NCBI GenBank assembly: GCA_016930515.1
Contig: JAFGGO010000043.1
Coordinates: forward strand, 1 to 31,875
Source of the DNA: Promethearchaeota archaeon
Lineage (GTDB): Archaea; Asgardarchaeota; Lokiarchaeia; Sigyniarchaeales; SOKP01
Length of the DNA: 31,875 nt
Direction of reading: 5' to 3'
Below the pieces are notes generated by a model. That model was given only the letters and a program-made list of their open reading frames with translations, ran no database searches and had not been told where the DNA came from. Shown piece after piece: positions 26,949-31,875 of the stretch. A program made the position numbers and the translations under genes. Within the stretch, counting starts at the first letter, position 1; every line of letters starts with the position of its first letter.

Positions 26949-28706
26949 TTAATAATTGTATGGTTCGTTTATTTTTTTGTAAGTGCGTATTTGATAATCT
27001 ATTGATTCATATCCTCGAATTTCAAAATAACGGTCCAAGAAAAACACGAAATGATGTTGACAAATAAATTTTCTTGGAACAGATATCGTTGTTATGGTAC
27101 TTGTTTCGGTTATGAGATTATTTGGCAAGGTTACATTCTTCGTGGCACGACATACAGGACAAGAGACTTGAATTATTCGGGAAGGCCCTTCTAAGGGTTT
27201 TTCAACGAGTTCATAGGACGATTTAGGCGATAGAAGCGGTATATTAGACGTTTTGGAACCAAGATACGGTTCTGATTTAACTATTTTCTCCATTCCTACA
27301 CGAGCGTATTTATGAATGTTTTTTTTTTTAATTTGGGGGTTCTTTTTTGTTCCCGAACGCATCTTCAAATAACCCGTCGTAATACCAAATGAAATCGTGG
27401 ATATCGAAAGAAGAGCGATTAAGACTATTGGGAAAATATCTATTGTTGGGACACTATTTATTGATGGAATATTCGGCAACTCATCATCATCTTCATCATC
27501 ATTATCATCATCATTATCATCGCTACTAGTAAATGACTGTGATTGACAAGAGGAAATGCTTTCTAAAAGCTGTGACGTGCCTTGGTTAATAGTGTCCAAT
27601 AATATCCAATCTTCAGATCGTGCAGTGTTTGATATCCTTAACTCAGTGAGGTAGCCATAGAGATTGCTTGAACCTATAGTGAGAGGTCCAGGAACGACCT
27701 TGATCTTTTTATCATACACTTCTGATGCAACTACTTGACCATTTAATAATATTTTTATGGTTTCAAAATCTCTAATACATGTTACATGAACCCAACTTCC
27801 AGTTGAGAGAGGCCTTGCAGAGCTTAATGACCCCTTAGTGTTGGATTCTTCATCGTTTAGAAAAAAAACTAAATAACCACTGGAGTTAAGAAAAACTGAA
27901 TAGGCTCTTTTTTTATCAGTCCCCTTTGCAAGAATATAAACATTCTCATTAACAATAGCTTTTAATTTTATCCAAAAACTAATTGTGATATCGTCTTGCA
28001 TGTTCAAAGAGGTATCGTCTTCAATCAGGATAGAATCTACTTGATGTGCAAAATCTAACACGGACCCACTGATATCGTAATCCAGAGTTACAATTTCATT
28101 AACAGCAAGGTTTGTTGCAATAGAGGCGTCTGTTTTATAATGAATAATTCCATCGTTGTTATATTGGGTTGAATCGTTGGCTATTTGAAGGGAATTGGGG
28201 GCAAAATGCCAAGCTCCAACGAAATTGTCGTCCCAGACCGCCTTGGAGTTCTGTTGCGAATCGAGTAAGGATCCTCCGAACCTCATGGCGATGTTCAAAC
28301 TGTCGTTTGCTAAAACTTTTGGAATTTTTACCCACGCCATGAGTTTTGAATGTGTCTCGTTGTAATCAGGATCGTACAGCTCTATTTCGTGGTCTAATTG
28401 ATTATCTTCAATGAAGAAAGCAATATCATCACCATCAGACTGAGCACGATCACGGAGATCCTTGTCAAAAAAAGAGAATAATACCGGAAAATATTCTAGA
28501 TCGTTTGAATCAATGAAAGGGGATGTATTAACCGTGAGAGTCTTGTAAAAATTAAAATCAGGTTCGCTTGATTTTTTAATTTCCTCGATCATCGTATCTT
28601 CAGAAATTATATTATAATTCAATGTACCCATCAAAAAAGAAATTAAAACAAAGCACCAGAAGAGGGATAATATGAATTTTTTAATTTTTTTATCAAGATG
28701 AGACAC
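26949..28706 (-). CDS. Single-pass surface protein: signal/TM, DUF2341, LamG/ConA-like domain, acidic linker, TM, cytoplasmic Zn-binding domain
   Basis: FPVL...AQSDGDDIAF...LDHEIE...AWVKIP (DUF2341); VWD-x-x-F-x-GAWH; ITISFWIK, WVHV, LLNG, ELRISNTARS (LamG); DDNDDDNDDEDDDE; TM IFPIVLIALLSIS; CPVC...CQHHF. Confidence 0.75.
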   Translation of the reverse strand: MSHLDKKIKKFILSLFWCFVLISFLMGTLNYNIISEDTMIEEIKKSSEPDFNFYKTLTVNTSPFIDSNDLEYFPVLFSFFDKDLRDRAQSDGDDIAFFIEDNQLDHEIELYDPDYNETHSKLMAWVKIPKVLANDSLNIAMRFGGSLLDSQQNSKAVWDDNFVGAWHFAPNSLQIANDSTQYNNDGIIHYKTDASIATNLAVNEIVTLDYDISGSVLDFAHQVDSILIEDDTSLNMQDDITISFWIKLKAIVNENVYILAKGTDKKRAYSVFLNSSGYLVFFLNDEESNTKGSLSSARPLSTGSWVHVTCIRDFETIKILLNGQVVASEVYDKKIKVVPGPLTIGSSNLYGYLTELRISNTARSEDWILLDTINQGTSQLLESISSCQSQSFTSSDDNDDDNDDEDDDELPNIPSINSVPTIDIFPIVLIALLSISTISFGITTGYLKMRSGTKKNPQIKKKNIHKYARVGMEKIVKSEPYLGSKTSNIPLLSPKSSYELVEKPLEGPSRIIQVSCPVCRATKNVTLPNNLITETSTITTISVPRKFICQHHFVFFLDRYFEIRGYESIDYQIRTYKKINEPYNY

Positions 28707-28955
28707 GGTGAAACGCCATTAGGACACTGTTAATGCAAAACGAAAATTAATATCTCCTATAACTATAATACTTGGAAATAAATGATGATTAATATAACTA
28801 CGCCTTTTTTAACAAATTTTTCAATTCTTAATTATCAATTAAGGTAAAAATTTTATAGTGAATTTGCATTCGTTTGGCTAAAATTTCAAAGATTGAAAAA
28901 AATTAGCATAATTTTAAATTTTTTTTTTTATTTATATAGTTAAAAGCATTAAAGC

Positions 28956-29651
28956 ATGTCAAAAATGAACTTAGCAGAAGTCTTGAAAAAAAAGATGGAC
29001 TCTGGACAAAGAGTTCTCACGGAATTTGAAAGCAAGGAACTACTTAACGAAATTGGAATCACCATTCCACAACAAAAATTAGTCTCATCCAAACAGGAAG
29101 CATTAGACGCTGTAAGGGGAATTGGCTTTCCCATTGTCATGAAACTCATGGCCGAGGACGTCGTGCATAAATCTGATACCGGCGCAGTTAAATTAAACAT
29201 AAAAAATCAAGAAGAAGCAGGACAGGCCTTTGATGATCTTATGAAAATTAGTACAGCATCAAAAAAAGCCGTTTCCGTACAAGCAATGGCAAAAGAACCC
29301 ATAACCGAGCTCATAATCGGAATGACCACTGATCCACAATTTGGTCCAGCGCTCATGTTTGGTATTGGAGGTATTTTAGTGGAACTTCTCGAAGACGTGA
29401 GTTTTAGGATCGCACCAATTACAGAATACGACGCTAAGGAAATGATTCAAGAAATCAAGGGATTTCCAATATTAGACGGTTATCGAGGGAAACCTAAAGC
29501 AGATATCAATGCAATTGTAGACTTATTGCTAAAAATATCGGATTTCGTCATTGAACACGAGGAAATCTTTGAGATGGACCTTAATCCCGTATTTATTTAC
29601 GAATCTGGAGTTACTTGCGTAGATGCAAGAATTATCTTAAAAAACGAGTAA
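28956..29651 (+). CDS. acdB: Acetate/acyl--CoA ligase (ADP-forming) beta subunit, ATP-grasp
   Basis: LTEFESKELL, IGFPIVMK, HKSDTGAV, ELIIG-x-x-x-DPQFGP, FGIGGILVE, GYRG, EMDLNPV and VDARI. Confidence 0.9.
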   Translation: MSKMNLAEVLKKKMDSGQRVLTEFESKELLNEIGITIPQQKLVSSKQEALDAVRGIGFPIVMKLMAEDVVHKSDTGAVKLNIKNQEEAGQAFDDLMKISTASKKAVSVQAMAKEPITELIIGMTTDPQFGPALMFGIGGILVELLEDVSFRIAPITEYDAKEMIQEIKGFPILDGYRGKPKADINAIVDLLLKISDFVIEHEEIFEMDLNPVFIYESGVTCVDARIILKNE

Positions 29652-29701
29652 CTAATTCTTCTTCCTTTAACCATTTTAAGATTTAATAATAAAAATCATT
29701 C

Positions 29702-30856
29702 TTACCATACAATTATTATTGGTAACATTGGAATTAAAGGATGTACCAATCCAATTAATATTTTAAAAGTAATAGCCATCAAGATAGGGTTAAGAGCATT
29801 GTCTGAAATTTTGAGCTTGTCAAGCGCAATGTCCGTGAAAACAAATATAGCTCCACCAATAAAAGCAATTATTGGACCTAGAAATATTATCGATGAGAAT
29901 ACACCTATTAAGAATCCGGCGATAGTTCCTTCGTAAGATTTTCCTTTAGCGCACCACCATTTATGCTTGCCCCATTTTCTGCCAATGAGCGCTGCAAACA
30001 TATCGCTAAACACGGAAATGATAATAACGCCAATTTGAGCAAAAATACCTAAGATCCTATCGCTTGTTCCATAAGTTAATATTATGGAGGAGGTTGCCAA
30101 GCCTAATAACAAAAGAAGTGAAGGAGATATGTCGTTTATTTCAGTGGGGCGCCGTGTTTTCTGGAGAGTTTTCTTGAGAACAAAAGCTTTGTTAGGAAAC
30201 CGTAATCTCATTACTTCTGCGTTAGCATTTGCCATAAAAATTACTAATAACATGAAAAAATGAGAGACCAAGGCGTTCTGTAAAATCAGTGCAACATTAG
30301 AATACTCAAATAAAAACTGGGAGTTGTAGAAATTTTCTGCAGAGGTAGTATTGGAAACTCCTGCGTATAAATACTGAACACCATAAAAAATTAATGGTTG
30401 TAGAATCCAAGATGCCACATAAAAAATAGCGCATAAATGGATTATTTTTCTTTTAAATTCTTGCTTGAGCGTGAAATTATGAGTGTCATTAATCGTTTTA
30501 TCGAGATTCTCGTTCATCCCCTTCTGGAGTTGCTCGTTAAAAGCGCTTTCATCAATAGTTTTTTTTTTAATAAGAGCAAATAAAAAAAAGAATAAAGTTA
30601 ATACACCCACCATGACAATTAAAAACCAGTTCATGGGCATGAAAAGATAGAAAGTCGTAGCCGAAAAAGGAAGGCTTATAAAAATGGCTATAAAGACTAG
30701 CAATACAATCACGAGCATGGAGTTCCATCGATTTTGACTGCGTTTAATAAAACTTTTTTTAACAACTGGGAGAAATAAAAACGCATAAATTAAAAATGTG
30801 ATAGAAAGCATTATAGAAAAAAACAATGATTCGATTCCAATTGTCAGGACGCTCAT
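29702..30856 (-). CDS. CTP-dependent polyprenol / dolichol / diacylglycerol kinase family membrane protein
   Basis: EFKRKIIH, SDMFAALIGRKWG, KSYEG and DN motifs of the SEC59/DGK1/VTE5-CdsA superfamily; many TM helices. Confidence 0.75.
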   Translation of the reverse strand: MSVLTIGIESLFFSIMLSITFLIYAFLFLPVVKKSFIKRSQNRWNSMLVIVLLVFIAIFISLPFSATTFYLFMPMNWFLIVMVGVLTLFFFLFALIKKKTIDESAFNEQLQKGMNENLDKTINDTHNFTLKQEFKRKIIHLCAIFYVASWILQPLIFYGVQYLYAGVSNTTSAENFYNSQFLFEYSNVALILQNALVSHFFMLLVIFMANANAEVMRLRFPNKAFVLKKTLQKTRRPTEINDISPSLLLLLGLATSSIILTYGTSDRILGIFAQIGVIIISVFSDMFAALIGRKWGKHKWWCAKGKSYEGTIAGFLIGVFSSIIFLGPIIAFIGGAIFVFTDIALDKLKISDNALNPILMAITFKILIGLVHPLIPMLPIIIVW

Positions 30857-30865
30857 TTTACGCTC

Positions 30866-31786
30866 CTATAAAGCTCGATAATATTCAGGTCTCAACGCAT
30901 CTTGATTCTTAAGCCCATAATTAATAACTTTAAGTATATCCAATTTATCCCTATCTAAAATGCCTTTAATTGGTAAATAATTTGATGCGTGGTTGGATCG
31001 AAAAATACAATTTGCGTTTTTATTTTCAAACTTGATGTTTTGAAAAAAGATTTTCAGTTCTTTTAATATTTCGGTGGAACTCATTTCCTTGAATTCGCTC
31101 AAACTCTTTTTTTTATGAATGGGCGTCCCTTTAGGGACCATAAGGGAAAGAAACGAAATGTACCAATTTCTATCGTCGCTTGGGCAAATTTTATTAACTA
31201 AATCTGCCGATTCTTTTGCGTGAAGTTCAGAAAGATATTCATTGCCTGATCCCCCTAATCCATTAATTAATGTCGCTGATAAAGTGATATTAGCCCTCAT
31301 TAATTTTTTTGAAGCCTTGATGTAATCGTCTTTAGTAGCGTGCTTGTTTACCATTTCGAGTAATTTATTGCAGCCAGATTCGAAACCTACATAAGTAATT
31401 TTAAGACCTGCTTCAGACAACAGCTTTAGTTGTTCATCGGATTTTTTCAAGATGTCCTTGGCATGGGCGTAAACACCACAACGTTCTAATCGCGGGAACA
31501 GCTTGTTTGCATAGAGAGTAACATCTAAAAGCTTATCTGTAGGTGTAACCATTGCGTTTCCGTCTAAGAAAAAGATTCTTTGAACATTTGGTCCATATTG
31601 TCGTCGGGCGGTGTCCAAATCTTTTTTAACATCTTTTATTTCTCGAATGAGAAAATTTTTTCTTAGGTTTGACATGCAAAAATCGCACTTGAAGGTACAA
31701 CCTTCCGTTAATTGTATTAAAAGAGAATAAGCTTCGCTTGGAGGCCTAAAAACTGGTTGACAATAATAAATTTGATCGGACTTCAT
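30866..31786 (-). CDS. Radical SAM protein
   Basis: RPPSEAYSLLIQLTEGCTFKCDFC (CxxxCxxC), FFLDGNA, YVGFESG and FRSNHASNY. Confidence 0.9.
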   Translation of the reverse strand: MKSDQIYYCQPVFRPPSEAYSLLIQLTEGCTFKCDFCMSNLRKNFLIREIKDVKKDLDTARRQYGPNVQRIFFLDGNAMVTPTDKLLDVTLYANKLFPRLERCGVYAHAKDILKKSDEQLKLLSEAGLKITYVGFESGCNKLLEMVNKHATKDDYIKASKKLMRANITLSATLINGLGGSGNEYLSELHAKESADLVNKICPSDDRNWYISFLSLMVPKGTPIHKKKSLSEFKEMSSTEILKELKIFFQNIKFENKNANCIFRSNHASNYLPIKGILDRDKLDILKVINYGLKNQDALRPEYYRAL

Positions 31787-31818
31787 ATTTTAAAATCAAA
31801 TAGAAATAAAAAAATTTT

Positions 31819-31875
31819 TTAAAAATCGTCGTCGTCAAAATCTTCATCATCGTCGTCGTCATCTTCATCGTCGTC
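31819..31875 (-). CDS. 3' end of a CDS entering from the right edge, with a poly-acidic C-terminal tail
   Basis: The minus strand reads DDDEDDDDDDEDFDDDDF-TAA with mixed GAC/GAT/GAA codons. Confidence 0.7.
   Translation of the reverse strand, partial: DDDEDDDDDDEDFDDDDF

Noticed and set aside
27480-27522. TCA trinucleotide repeat as a microsatellite or array
   Set aside because: It encodes the acidic DDNDDDNDDEDDDE linker of the LamG protein
28949-29200. 83-aa minus-strand ORF
   Set aside because: Antisense shadow of acdB
1-31875. tRNA, rRNA, CRISPR array, transposase/integrase, or selenoprotein read-through
   Set aside because: No cloverleaf, regularly spaced repeats or recombinase motifs were seen by eye; the TGA-terminated genes noticed (GT4, DUF1512) appear complete. 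tRNAscan-SE, Infernal and a SECIS search would be needed to exclude these formally

Overview
AT-rich archaeal chromosomal segment. Archaeal-type PheRS, TyrRS, TFB and AcdB, plus DUF1512, longin/roadblock-like proteins, a very VPS29-like protein and many small Zn-binding proteins, point to an Asgard archaeon (Lokiarchaeia-like); this is an inference from gene content. Left to right: the end of a very AT-rich surface-glycan cluster (GT2, DUF362, GT4); a minus-strand pheS-pheT-pheA-rph run with a bacterial-type RNase PH, preceded by a structured 415-bp intergenic region; a divergent Zn-ribbon membrane protein / DUF1512 pair; a compact RHH-sat-AlkP-cysC (PAPS synthesis) operon; HAD-IIA phosphatase, tyrS, Vps29-like protein and class-V aminotransferase; a longin-like plus tail-anchored pair; a GlcD-like/4Fe-4S fusion; tfb with a nested inverted-repeat upstream region; a cluster of micro Zn-finger genes, a multi-pass membrane protein and a DUF2341-LamG single-pass receptor-like protein; then acdB, a polyprenol/DAG kinase-family protein and a radical SAM protein. 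No tRNA, rRNA, CRISPR array or transposase was recognised. Best leads: a possible Phe-sensing leader/switch upstream of pheST, the PAPS operon built around an AlkP-fold enzyme, the bacterial RNase PH, and the receptor/Zn-domain cluster.
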